Origin: a virus
Lineage: Duplodnaviria > Caudoviricetes
Virus record (IMG/VR): IMGVR_UViG_3300027769_000069
Location: 1 to 36,699 of that record
Direction: 5' to 3' (one strand)
DNA: 36,699 nt
Part shown: positions 10,393-18,251 of the stretch, piece by piece
Position numbering within the stretch: the first letter of the stretch is position 1
How the letters are laid out: each line of letters opens with the position of its first letter
The notes under the pieces: model-generated
Databases searched by the model: none
What the model was told of the DNA's origin: nothing
The model's input: the letters and a program-made list of their open reading frames with translations, nothing else
Translations under genes and position numbers: made by a program

Positions 10393-12094
10393 GGCGATAA
10401 ATTACTTCTCCTTCCGGCGTTACAACGAACGGTACATCCATAAGCTTGGCTGTTTGGTCGTTGTAGAACAGTGCGGTAGAGATACCACGACGGCCACCCT
10501 TACGGTTCTTTAGTACACGAATGTTAGTTGTGTTAGAGATAAGGGGATCAGGATGCTGAGCATTACGCTCTAGAGCAAATACATTGTCAGAGATCTGGGC
10601 AAGAGAACCAGAACCACGAAGGTCATTGAGATTGATACGATCACCTTCGTCTACATTCTTGTCTGTCTTCTTGATATGAGCAATGACATGGATAGTAACA
10701 CCAGTACGCTCAACCAGTTCTCGTAGCTTCTTCATTACTGAGTCTAGGACAAGTCTTTCGTCGTTTCCGTAATCAGTCCCAGCAGATAGGAGCATATTGC
10801 CCAGAAGGGTAATATGATCAAGGATGATAATTCGACAATCAAGACCAACAGCCATGTACTCAAGACGATTAATGATGTTAGTAATATTAGAATTACCAAT
10901 GTGGTCATAGAGATAAAGAGATTTCCCAGCGATCTCAGCCTTAGCGATTTTGTATTCTTCATCTGTTAGGTTATCCTCTACCATATCAACGGTAGCCTTG
11001 TTGTTCTTCTTTCTTAGTTCATTAAGCTGACGCTGAGACATGATCTTGCGTACAGGCTTACCAATCTTAGATGAGATTAGGTCATCTACAGTTTGCTCTG
11101 GAGATTCTTCAAGAAACACAGCACCAACATTTCTGCTGTGGTTTAGATGATCCATGATAAGTTCACGGATAATTGTTGACTTACCGTGACCAGTTGCTGA
11201 GGTCCATAGGTTTAGTCTACCAGAGTCTTGACCAATCATAAATGTAGTTAGAGAATCCCAAGGATACTCGTAAACATCATTGTTATGCTTGGTTGATTCA
11301 GATACTACCTGACTAACATGAAGGATTGAGTCTGGTGAATATGATTGTGCATTCCAGTATGCTTGTAGCAACTGTGCAGTCTCAGCATTAACCAGCATCT
11401 CATTTGGATCCTTACGAGGCAGAGCCATGATCTTTACCTTACCGGGTGGAAGGATCTCTGCAACCTCACGCGCAGCCTTCTGGCCAGGTTCATCCATATC
11501 AAAGCAGAGTACAATTGTTTCAAATGAAGCAATGAACTCATAGTTATCCTTGACAGCCTTAACCGCAGAGTTAACACCATTAGGTACTGAGACTACAGGA
11601 TACTTGTTATCAAACACCTGAGCCATAGTCAAGCAATCAATTGCACCTTCTGTAATGGTAATACGCTTACCACCAGTAGAGAATAGATGCTGACCATAGA
11701 ATGTTAGATTGCTGGTGTCACCAAGCCAAGCAAACTTCTTGCCATCATAACGGATGTGCTGAGCTTGCACTTGGCCTTGTGCATTGTAGAATGTTTCAAT
11801 CTCGCTGCCATTGATACCAGTCAGATAGCCATACTGCTTTGTAGTCTTCTCTGAGATACGCCGATGTGGTAGGGGCATAGCCTCACCTGATCGGAATGTT
11901 TCATTAGTATAAACCGGTGTTTCAATAACTTCTGTTGTCATACTTGTCTTTGTTCCTTTAACATAAAACTTACAGGCATAGCAATAGCTATGGCCATCAT
12001 CATATACTGCTAGGTTGTTACCAGATGTGTCTCCGCCTTTTGCTGCACATGCTGGGCAACGCTTACGATTAACTACCTTAGATTCTGTATCCAT
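10373..12094 (-). CDS. DNA primase-helicase, T7 gp4-like
   Basis: Cys4 zinc ribbon, TEGAID, FDMD Toprim, ATGHGKST, ILDHIT, LRGSGSLAQISD, KNR. Confidence 0.96.
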   Translation of the reverse strand: MDTESKVVNRKRCPACAAKGGDTSGNNLAVYDDGHSYCYACKFYVKGTKTSMTTEVIETPVYTNETFRSGEAMPLPHRRISEKTTKQYGYLTGINGSEIETFYNAQGQVQAQHIRYDGKKFAWLGDTSNLTFYGQHLFSTGGKRITITEGAIDCLTMAQVFDNKYPVVSVPNGVNSAVKAVKDNYEFIASFETIVLCFDMDEPGQKAAREVAEILPPGKVKIMALPRKDPNEMLVNAETAQLLQAYWNAQSYSPDSILHVSQVVSESTKHNNDVYEYPWDSLTTFMIGQDSGRLNLWTSATGHGKSTIIRELIMDHLNHSRNVGAVFLEESPEQTVDDLISSKIGKPVRKIMSQRQLNELRKKNNKATVDMVEDNLTDEEYKIAKAEIAGKSLYLYDHIGNSNITNIINRLEYMAVGLDCRIIILDHITLLGNMLLSAGTDYGNDERLVLDSVMKKLRELVERTGVTIHVIAHIKKTDKNVDEGDRINLNDLRGSGSLAQISDNVFALERNAQHPDPLISNTTNIRVLKNRKGGRRGISTALFYNDQTAKLMDVPFVVTPEGEVIYRHENISI

Positions 12095-12109
12095 AAAGAC
12101 CTCCATAAA

Positions 12110-12182
12110 TGCCCCCAGTAGGGATCGAACCTACGACCTATTGATTAAAAGTCAACTGCTCTACCAACTGAGCTATAGGGGC
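12110..12182 (-). tRNA. tRNA-Lys(UUU)
   Basis: Cloverleaf with GCCCCTA/TGGGGGC acceptor, anticodon loop CTTTTAA, TTCGATC T-loop; no encoded CCA. Confidence 0.93.
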
Positions 12183-12185
12183 GTA

Positions 12186-12269
12186 TGACTTCGGGGGGAA
12201 TCGAACCCCCACGCCGTTTAAGGCGGCAGATTTTAAGTCTGCTGCGTCTGCCTGTTCCGCCACGAAGCC
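12186..12269 (-). tRNA. tRNA-Leu(UAA)
   Basis: GGCTTCG/CGAAGTC acceptor, anticodon loop CTTAAAA, long variable arm CGCC..GGCG, TTCGATT T-loop. Confidence 0.92.
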
Positions 12270-12276
12270 ATGTATA

Positions 12277-12381
12277 TTACTTCTTAAACCGTTGATATTC
12301 TTTCCAACACCAGACTGAGATAACCCCAGTCAGAAACAGTAAGATAAGAATAGTCCGTTGTAGAAAGGTTACTTCATCCAT
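12277..12381 (-). CDS. 34-aa single-pass membrane peptide (MDEVTFLQRTILILLFLTGVISVWCWKEYQRFKK)
   Basis: Read manually; AAGGAGAACACCAATG translation start. Confidence 0.6.
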   Translation of the reverse strand: MDEVTFLQRTILILLFLTGVISVWCWKEYQRFKK

Positions 12382-12392
12382 TGGTGTTCTCC

Positions 12393-12683
12393 TTATGGAA
12401 TACGGATGATTAAATCATCACCAATGATTCGTACTTTAGCAGTAGGATACAAAGCTTTGATAAGATTAATCAACTCTTGTTCTACTTCTTTGCGCGTTTT
12501 TGTTTTCTTTGGAGTCTTCTTGTTTCCAATAAAGTCCCGTCCGTTGACGCTTTGATTTAAATCAAAATCGGGAGCATCATCAAAATCAGGACAAACAAAT
12601 AACATGTCTTGTACAGGAATAATAATTGTTTCAGCAGCAACTGCTGATGATGTAAGTATAAATGTTAATAGTAGTGTTTTCAT
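12393..12683 (-). CDS. hypothetical exported protein
   Basis: 96 aa with signal-peptide-like N-terminus MKTLLLTFILTSSAVAA. Confidence 0.7.
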   Translation of the reverse strand: MKTLLLTFILTSSAVAAETIIIPVQDMLFVCPDFDDAPDFDLNQSVNGRDFIGNKKTPKKTKTRKEVEQELINLIKALYPTAKVRIIGDDLIIRIP

Positions 12684-12898
12684 AGATTCTCCTTAGATGA
12701 ATTAATGTCGCGCTCAAGGTTCAACTTGTTAGTAACGCTTACAAGTTCAGCGCGAAGCCGTTCGATTTCATCAGCAGCACTCTCCCAACATTCCGCCATC
12801 TCGCGGCAAACAGAATGATCAACGAGAAGAGGCTCTTGACGAGTACCAAAGAAAATAGCATCGGCTTGCAGACGATTTACGATGTCTGGGTCAGTCAT
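12680..12898 (-). CDS. cassette-array protein 8 (MTDPDIVNRL...AADEIERLRAE)
   Basis: Start chosen at the RBS-bearing junction motif. Confidence 0.7.
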   Translation of the reverse strand: MTDPDIVNRLQADAIFFGTRQEPLLVDHSVCREMAECWESAADEIERLRAELVSVTNKLNLERDINSSKENL

Positions 12899-13178
12899 TG
12901 GTGTTCTCCTTGAAGCAGTCCCACCCCTTGCTCTGTGCGACATTGATAGCCCTCTGCTCATATCCGTTCCCCGTTGCGTAGCAATAACTACGCCTCGCCT
13001 CGTCACGCTCGGCGGTGAGGGATGCGTTCTCCTGCCGAAGTCGCTTGTTTTCCTGCCATGCCTTTTCGATCATCAAAACTGCCTCGGTCGGAGTCATCTC
13101 CACGATCACCTCTCCTTCGCACCCCATAAATGAAACGGGGCAGGAAGCATCAATCGTCTTTGGCTTCTTATCGCTCAC
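12891..13178 (-). CDS. cassette-array protein 7 (ERDEARR...GWDCFKE)
   Basis: 95 aa; carries the shared motifs; overlaps neighbours. Confidence 0.72.
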   Translation of the reverse strand: MSDKKPKTIDASCPVSFMGCEGEVIVEMTPTEAVLMIEKAWQENKRLRQENASLTAERDEARRSYCYATGNGYEQRAINVAQSKGWDCFKENTND

Positions 13179-13381
13179 TTGTTGTCCTCCTCAAAGCAAT
13201 CCCATCCGATGTACTTGGCGATATGACGCGCAGAAACCATGTCGTGCGAGAGTCTGTGGCAAACATCTCGCCTTGCTTGATTGCGTTCTTCCGTTAGCGT
13301 GGCGACGCGTCGTTGAAGTTCAACAATCGTTTTGCGGCACTTCAAGGCATTGCTGAAAAGTTGTGTTATGCGTGCAATCAT
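13175..13381 (-). CDS. cassette-array protein 6 (ERNQARR...GWDCFEE)
   Basis: 68 aa; ATGA-coupled to the upstream gene. Confidence 0.7.
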   Translation of the reverse strand: MIARITQLFSNALKCRKTIVELQRRVATLTEERNQARRDVCHRLSHDMVSARHIAKYIGWDCFEEDNK

Positions 13382-13611
13382 TTGCCGTCCTCCTTGAAGC
13401 AATCCCACTCTCGACGCTTGGCTTCAGCACGAGCGCGTCGCTTCATGTCATCCACGGATAGGCAGTTGCCTACGGCTTCGGCTTCACACCACATCCGCCT
13501 CGCCTCGTCGCGCTCTTTGATTAGCCGCTCAATCTCTTCTGCGATCTCATCGGCACAGTTGATGCTGTGAGACAGTCTCTTGATCCTTGCGATGGCATCG
13601 TGTTCGTTCAC
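13378..13611 (-). CDS. cassette-array protein 5 (EIERLIKERDEARR...EWDCFKE)
   Basis: 77 aa; GTG start overlaps the upstream stop; AGGAGG RBS. Confidence 0.7.
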   Translation of the reverse strand: MNEHDAIARIKRLSHSINCADEIAEEIERLIKERDEARRMWCEAEAVGNCLSVDDMKRRARAEAKRREWDCFKEDGK

Positions 13612-13913
13612 TTGGTTTCCTCCTTGTAACAATCCCAGCCCTTTCGCTTTGCGATCTCTTTAGGATCTCTTGCAAGAGGATAGTCTGGCAGAATAATCTC
13701 TGAGCACGGATTCGTGCCAAAGTTATTTGATGTATCACGACGATCCTCCTCAAGCATGATGATTCGTGCTTCTAGATCGCAAGAATATCTCCTCGCCTCG
13801 TCGCGCTCGGCGCGCAGCCGTTCAATCTCGTTGGCGGATTCTGTGAACATCTGGCGCATGAAAAAGCCGCCGTCCGATTCGCGCAGCCGGGTCACGATGT
13901 CGGGGTCAGCCAT
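13608..13913 (-). CDS. cassette-array protein 4 (MADPDIVTRL...ERDEARR...FGTNPCSEIIL...GWDCYKE)
   Basis: 101 aa from the RBS-bearing junction; contains an RNR-like insert. Confidence 0.72.
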   Translation of the reverse strand: MADPDIVTRLRESDGGFFMRQMFTESANEIERLRAERDEARRYSCDLEARIIMLEEDRRDTSNNFGTNPCSEIILPDYPLARDPKEIAKRKGWDCYKEETK

Positions 13914-14208
13914 TGGTGTCCTCCTTGAAGCAGTCCCATCCTCGCTGTTCTGCAACTTGCGTTTCAGTCCCACTCCACTTTTGCCACAGCAAATTGCACA
14001 CCTCCCGCCTCGCCTCGTCACGCTCGGCGGTGATGCGGTCGATCTCGCGGCACGACCACGCAGCAAGCGCAAACGCTTCCTTGCGAAGCCGTTCAATCAG
14101 CGCAGTACCCTCAAGATTCGTGCTGCTCAAGCCTCGGGTTTGCATCAGCAGTTGGTTGATTCGTTGGTTGTTATTCATCGGTGTTCTCCTTCGTTGGTTG
14201 TTATTCAT
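13906..14208 (-). CDS. cassette-array protein 3 (MNNNQR...ERDEARR...GWDCFKE)
   Basis: Two in-frame starts (14208 and 14178) created by a 30-bp duplication. Confidence 0.7.
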   Translation of the reverse strand: MNNNQRRRTPMNNNQRINQLLMQTRGLSSTNLEGTALIERLRKEAFALAAWSCREIDRITAERDEARREVCNLLWQKWSGTETQVAEQRGWDCFKEDTNG

Positions 14209-14220
14209 CGGTGTTCTCCT
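14161..14220. repeat. perfect 30-bp tandem duplication containing an RBS and ATG
   Basis: tcgttggttgttattcatcggtgttctcct x2. Confidence 0.97.
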
Positions 14221-14485
14221 TGAACATATCGCGAAGCACCTCAAGATGCCCATTGCTTTCAGCACCGTGTTCGATGCGGCAGTCGATCTCGGTGAGGATG
14301 GAGTTCGTTCGCCGCCTCGCCTCGTCCCGTTCCTTGCGTAGCCGCTCAATCTCGTCGGCGGCTTCTTGGCAGATCGGGCTAGGGCCGTGGACAAACACGG
14401 GTTCGGGAAAGCCGTCCTTTGCGTAATGCATCCGCGTAGTGATGGCGATATGGTTACGAAGTTGGGTCACAATGTCATCGCTCAT
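14201..14485 (-). CDS. cassette-array protein 2 (MSDDIVTQL...AADEIERLRKERDEARR)
   Basis: 94 aa with AAGGAG RBS. Confidence 0.72.
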   Translation of the reverse strand: MSDDIVTQLRNHIAITTRMHYAKDGFPEPVFVHGPSPICQEAADEIERLRKERDEARRRTNSILTEIDCRIEHGAESNGHLEVLRDMFKENTDE

Positions 14486-15050
14486 TGTTCTTCTCCTTTC
14501 GATCTTCGGTTGCCCTGTTCAATAAGAAAATAATCTCTTCAGCATCATCATGGGCAAACTGGTGCGGGAATGCACAGTAAGTCTGCTGCTTCCCCGGCTC
14601 ACAGTCTTCCTCAATGAACACACCATCATCTCGGAATGGGTTGGGCCTGATACGCCACTTGGCTCCTGATGTGTACACATCCTTGCAAACTGCTCGGCAA
14701 TACATTCGCTTGTACCGCCCAAGTTCTATTTCCAGACGCTTGCACTTATCTTCAAGTTTCTTGAGACTTAGAGCAAGATTGTTACGGTCGGTTTGGAGAT
14801 GCTCGTTCTCAAGTCGCAGGATGTCGTAAGCGTTCTCCTCTGCAAGAAGTTTTTTACGCAGCCGTTCGATCTTATTGGCTGCTTCCCAAGTTAGGTTTTC
14901 GCATCGGGTGAAGGCTTCACGGTGAACATAATGCAGCCCTTCGTTTTCTGCGAGTTTCTTCGTGTGGTGGTTGATGACACGAAGACGGGCCACAAGTTCG
15001 CCTTTTTCTTCTTCCTGCCACGCTTCAATACTTGCTGGATCATCAGACAT
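14475..15050 (-). CDS. cassette-array protein 1 (ELVARL...EAANKIERLRK coiled coil)
   Basis: 191 aa; GAAAGGA RBS immediately after tRNA-Arg. Confidence 0.72.
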   Translation of the reverse strand: MSDDPASIEAWQEEEKGELVARLRVINHHTKKLAENEGLHYVHREAFTRCENLTWEAANKIERLRKKLLAEENAYDILRLENEHLQTDRNNLALSLKKLEDKCKRLEIELGRYKRMYCRAVCKDVYTSGAKWRIRPNPFRDDGVFIEEDCEPGKQQTYCAFPHQFAHDDAEEIIFLLNRATEDRKEKNNER

Positions 15051-15073
15051 AGTTATTATCCTTTCTAGTTGAG

Positions 15074-15147
15074 CATCCCCAGCTGGACTTGAACCAGCAA
15101 CCTACAGCTTAGAAGGCTGTTGCTCTATCCAGTTGAGCTATGGAGAT
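15074..15147 (-). tRNA. tRNA-Arg(UCU)
   Basis: ATCTCCA/TGGGGAT acceptor, ACAGC-CTTCTAA-GCTGT anticodon arm, TTCAAGT T-loop. Confidence 0.92.
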
Positions 15148-15150
15148 GTA

Positions 15151-15222
15151 TGAGAACAGGTGGGACTTGAACCCACACTTTGGTGCATTGTCTGCTTGCC
15201 TCTACATTGGGCTACTGTTCTC
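15151..15222 (-). tRNA. tRNA-like element with aberrant anticodon arm (pseudo-tRNA)
   Basis: 8-bp GAGAACAG/CTGTTCTC acceptor, D-arm and GTGGG-TTCAAGT-CCCAC T-arm intact; anticodon arm reduced to GCA-GACAA-TGC. Confidence 0.7.
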
Positions 15223-15228
15223 GGAGTT

Positions 15229-15474
15229 TTAGTAATGTGTACGATTAGCCGTAGGGTACTCGGCTACAATGTAGAACACCCCAAAGATAAGGTGATCTAG
15301 TAGTCCAACCAAATGTTGCATCTCCTTACGCTCATCGGGCATAAGCGATACAGAAGACAAAGCAACAAGAGTTTTCCTTTGCTTCTTTAGATACTCAATA
15401 TCCACTGGTACATGGATAATACATCGCTCTGGATCTTGTGGATCAATACCGATATTGGTAGGTGGATTCTTCAT
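15229..15474 (-). CDS. hypothetical protein
   Basis: 81-aa ORF packed in the operon. Confidence 0.6.
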   Translation of the reverse strand: MKNPPTNIGIDPQDPERCIIHVPVDIEYLKKQRKTLVALSSVSLMPDERKEMQHLVGLLDHLIFGVFYIVAEYPTANRTHY

Positions 15475-15476
15475 TG

Positions 15477-15869
15477 TTAAATATTCTTGTAATGCTCTTC
15501 GATTACATTAGCAATGTTCTCAAAAGTTCCCTTGACAACGGTATTATCCTTGTTTCTAAATGGACGAGACTGACCATCATTCCAAGAAGCCAAGCAAACT
15601 TGCTTGTCTCCAATTAGGAAAGTACCGCAGTCTTTATTAGCACCCAAAACCATTCCAGCCCATTCCATAACTATGGGTGGAAGTAGTTCTGATTCGCCGT
15701 CAAATAGTCCATACTTACTCTTAATGTTATCTTTGGTGTCCTTAATATATAACTCACAGAGTACACCAAGGCAACAATGCCCAACATTATCACAAAGATT
15801 ATTCTTTGTTTGAGTATACTTACCAGATCGAAGGGCCTTAACCCACTTATTAGCAATTGATTTCTTCAT
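15477..15869 (-). CDS. conserved phage hypothetical protein
   Basis: KWVKALRSGKY...CCLGVLC...ND...F..IA pattern seen in small phage proteins. Confidence 0.8.
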   Translation of the reverse strand: MKKSIANKWVKALRSGKYTQTKNNLCDNVGHCCLGVLCELYIKDTKDNIKSKYGLFDGESELLPPIVMEWAGMVLGANKDCGTFLIGDKQVCLASWNDGQSRPFRNKDNTVVKGTFENIANVIEEHYKNI

Positions 15870-16087
15870 GGTTTAATTATATTACTTAGAATAATTCTTA
15901 CTACGGGATTAAAATCAGAGGCATCGCCTCCGTTCATAGAGATATCATAATACTCATTGTTTTTTACAATTAGAAGTTCACATCCATGAACATCGGTGTA
16001 AGTCTGGCCATCATTAAGCACAACGATTGTTACATATCCATTCTTGTCATAAGCATTAGGATCAACGTCATCTTCTAGATCAGCCAT
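15866..16087 (-). CDS. hypothetical protein
   Basis: Likely start MADLEDD, overlapping the upstream stop. Confidence 0.6.
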   Translation of the reverse strand: MADLEDDVDPNAYDKNGYVTIVVLNDGQTYTDVHGCELLIVKNNEYYDISMNGGDASDFNPVVRIILSNIIKP

Positions 16088-16598
16088 TACTACCCATCCA
16101 TCCTGCAAATCGCATACCAGGCTCCTTATAAAACCAATCAAAATCCAACTTGTATTCACTGGTTAGAGTCTTGTACAGTTCTTCTGGTGGACTCCAAGCA
16201 GTGTCGAATGAAACATAGATATCAGTATACTCATCATCTAGTGTACACTTTAGGAATTCATCAGATGTACAAGACCAATTAGCATCACCACCAACATCCC
16301 ACTTGGCCCCCCAGTTATTGATGTTCCAATCATACCAGTGTGCAGCACCATACTTTGACTTTAGATTCTTTACTTCTTGTTCAGTTAGAATCTGTGTTTC
16401 ACCTTCTCCAATCTTACGTTCATATCTTTCACCACCATCTACATAGTAATGATCAATATTCTTTAGCTCTTCAGGCATAGGCTTGAGCCGTTGAAAGCTA
16501 AACTGATGGCCATCAAAGTAGCCACAGTCAGTTAGGAAACGCTTTAGTTCCTGTGTAGTTCCACTAATAGTAATTTCGTTTGAGCACCAATTAGGCAT
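16080..16598 (-). CDS. DUF1281/YubB ferredoxin-like domain protein
   Basis: MPNWCSN, WYDWNINNWGAKW, FDTAWSPP, YKEPGMRFAG. Confidence 0.82.
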   Translation of the reverse strand: MPNWCSNEITISGTTQELKRFLTDCGYFDGHQFSFQRLKPMPEELKNIDHYYVDGGERYERKIGEGETQILTEQEVKNLKSKYGAAHWYDWNINNWGAKWDVGGDANWSCTSDEFLKCTLDDEYTDIYVSFDTAWSPPEELYKTLTSEYKLDFDWFYKEPGMRFAGWMGSNG

Positions 16599-16648
16599 AA
16601 TAAGATTCCTTTTGAGATAAAAACAGGCCAAGTTAACACTCGGCCTAA

Positions 16649-16722
16649 TAGAAGGGGCGGGAGTTGCACCCACATATTCACGCTTATAAGGCATGCGCTC
16701 TAACTATTTCAGCCACCCTTCT
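16649..16722 (-). tRNA. tRNA-Ile(UAU)
   Basis: AGAAGGG/CCCTTCT acceptor, CATGC-CTTATAA-GCGTG anticodon arm, GTGGG-TGCAACT-CCCGC T-arm with atypical loop. Confidence 0.82.
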
Positions 16723-16747
16723 GTGGTAGGGGATTGCTCCCCTACGG

Positions 16748-16999
16748 TTAACGCTTGCGCTTATTCTTTAGTCTAGAAAGCTCAACACAAGCATCATCAA
16801 TCAAACGAGTATGATTATCAACGCTTTGCTGCAATTCAAATTGCTTGGTAAACAAAGCATCAAAGTCATTACTTGACATATCCCTATCCATCTGTAGTTC
16901 ATTGTTAATCTGCCGGATACGCTTGGTAACCTGGTATAGATAAACAGTAGTACAAACAGCAAATGAAAATAGAACAATAAAACAAACTTCAGTAATCAT
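16748..16999 (-). CDS. membrane-anchored coiled-coil protein
   Basis: N-terminal hydrophobic helix followed by a coiled coil. Confidence 0.65.
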   Translation of the reverse strand: MITEVCFIVLFSFAVCTTVYLYQVTKRIRQINNELQMDRDMSSNDFDALFTKQFELQQSVDNHTRLIDDACVELSRLKNKRKR

Positions 17000-17013
17000 A
17001 TCTTTTCCTTGGC

Positions 17014-17385
17014 CTAATAATCCAACTGAACAAGTCCGTTGGGGATTGAATAATAGATCTCATCGAATGTATTAATACACCAGGGCAAACACTTGGCACA
17101 TGGTTTGGATAGCTTCATATCTCCCTTTGGACCAAACCTGAAATTAATCAACACAAGATCTGATCGTTGATTCTTAGGAACCTTCAAGAGCGCATCGAGT
17201 TCACTGTGGAGTTCGCAGTTCCTATAGCCATACTTCATGGCAAGAGGATGGGTCTTTCTCTTGTTAGTTCCAATACCAACGATACGATTATCTGCAACCA
17301 CGATTGATACATGGTTGTAGTTTCTTAGTTGACTTGAGTTCTGGTATTCTTCGTAAGCGATATCACGATACTTTGCGATGTCCAT
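17014..17385 (-). CDS. CMP/dCMP-type zinc deaminase family protein
   Basis: HSE...SKPCAKC zinc motif. Confidence 0.85.
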   Translation of the reverse strand: MDIAKYRDIAYEEYQNSSQLRNYNHVSIVVADNRIVGIGTNKRKTHPLAMKYGYRNCELHSELDALLKVPKNQRSDLVLINFRFGPKGDMKLSKPCAKCLPWCINTFDEIYYSIPNGLVQLDY

Positions 17386-17764
17386 CTTTGATAGTTTCTA
17401 CGGCTATAATAAAATAACCTTCTGTATCTTTGGGTGCCCATTCTTTTGAAATGAACAAAGCCCAGATTTGAGAATCATCTTCCCACAACTTCCCATTCAA
17501 TGAATCTAGAATAGCTTTGGAGTAGTTGTCTACATCAGCCCTTGGATATTCTAGTTTCGTTGTCTTAGGTCTTGTAATATAGCATCTAATATCTACAGCT
17601 AACTTACCGCTCAGTGGAGTAAAGTTCCGGCCTAGGACTTGGTTTATAACCTGAGCCGCTAGATGCCGGAACTTCTTATAAGGCCCTGTAAAATACGCGC
17701 CAAACTTGCCAACTCTAGGTCGGCTGGCAGCTACTGGGTTTACAGGAAACTTATACTCCATCAT
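17363..17764 (-). CDS. rusA: RusA-family Holliday junction resolvase
   Basis: RPRV, DVDNYSKAILDSLNG...EDDSQI. Confidence 0.9.
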   Translation of the reverse strand: MMEYKFPVNPVAASRPRVGKFGAYFTGPYKKFRHLAAQVINQVLGRNFTPLSGKLAVDIRCYITRPKTTKLEYPRADVDNYSKAILDSLNGKLWEDDSQIWALFISKEWAPKDTEGYFIIAVETIKDGHRKVS

Positions 17765-17774
17765 GAGTTAATCC

Positions 17775-18251
17775 TTAGAACGGAATGTCACTGGATACTT
17801 CTTCCTTTACCGCAGTAAATTCTGAAGAACCAGAGACATAGTTACGTTCAATTAGCTGAATTGATTCCATGTAAAATGAAACCGAATTGTCACGGGCAAT
17901 CAGAGCAGGAGTTACCTTGACTCGGACTACATCCGTACCAAACGGAATCATATCTGATGGCTTGTTATCAGGGCCAACACATGGGAAAGTCTTGATACCT
18001 TCCTTGGCCTTGAGTACGTTCTTAAACTTGATGGTCTTGGTACCTTCGGCATCCTTGAGGCCGTTGATCTTCTTACCACCTAGTTCCTTTACAGATGCTT
18101 GAAGCTGCTTCTGCAGCTCAGGAGTTAGCTCCACAGTTACGGAATGGTTTGGGTTTCCGAACTTATCATCTGGTGTCATTAGGTGTGACCACTTGACGGT
18201 CACATGCCCAGTGACAAAAGGCTTAGCATACTTATTCTTGGTTGTTGACAT
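17775..18251 (-). CDS. single-stranded DNA-binding protein, gp2.5-like
   Basis: WSHLMTPDDKFG N-terminal pattern, acidic tail ending DIPF; start at MSTTK with AGGAG RBS. Confidence 0.8.
   Translation of the reverse strand: MSTTKNKYAKPFVTGHVTVKWSHLMTPDDKFGNPNHSVTVELTPELQKQLQASVKELGGKKINGLKDAEGTKTIKFKNVLKAKEGIKTFPCVGPDNKPSDMIPFGTDVVRVKVTPALIARDNSVSFYMESIQLIERNYVSGSSEFTAVKEEVSSDIPF

Larger units (their letters stand above)
12680..15050 (-). repeat. array of interspersed conserved DNA nodes shared by mini-gene cassettes
   Basis: 28-bp identity between 12991-13018 and 14006-14033; 44/48 identity between 12879-12926 and 13894-13941; recurring cgcctcgtc and aagcartccca. Confidence 0.88.

Noticed and set aside
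13608-14394. Extended starts given by the ORF track for cassette genes (14096, 14394; likewise 13006)
   Set aside because: They overlap upstream cassettes in other frames; RBS-bearing junction starts fit better
12680-14485. CRISPR array or DGR interpretation of the repeats
   Set aside because: Repeats are degenerate, in-frame coding and irregularly spaced; no cas or reverse transcriptase gene in the window and no adenine-specific template/variable repeat pair seen
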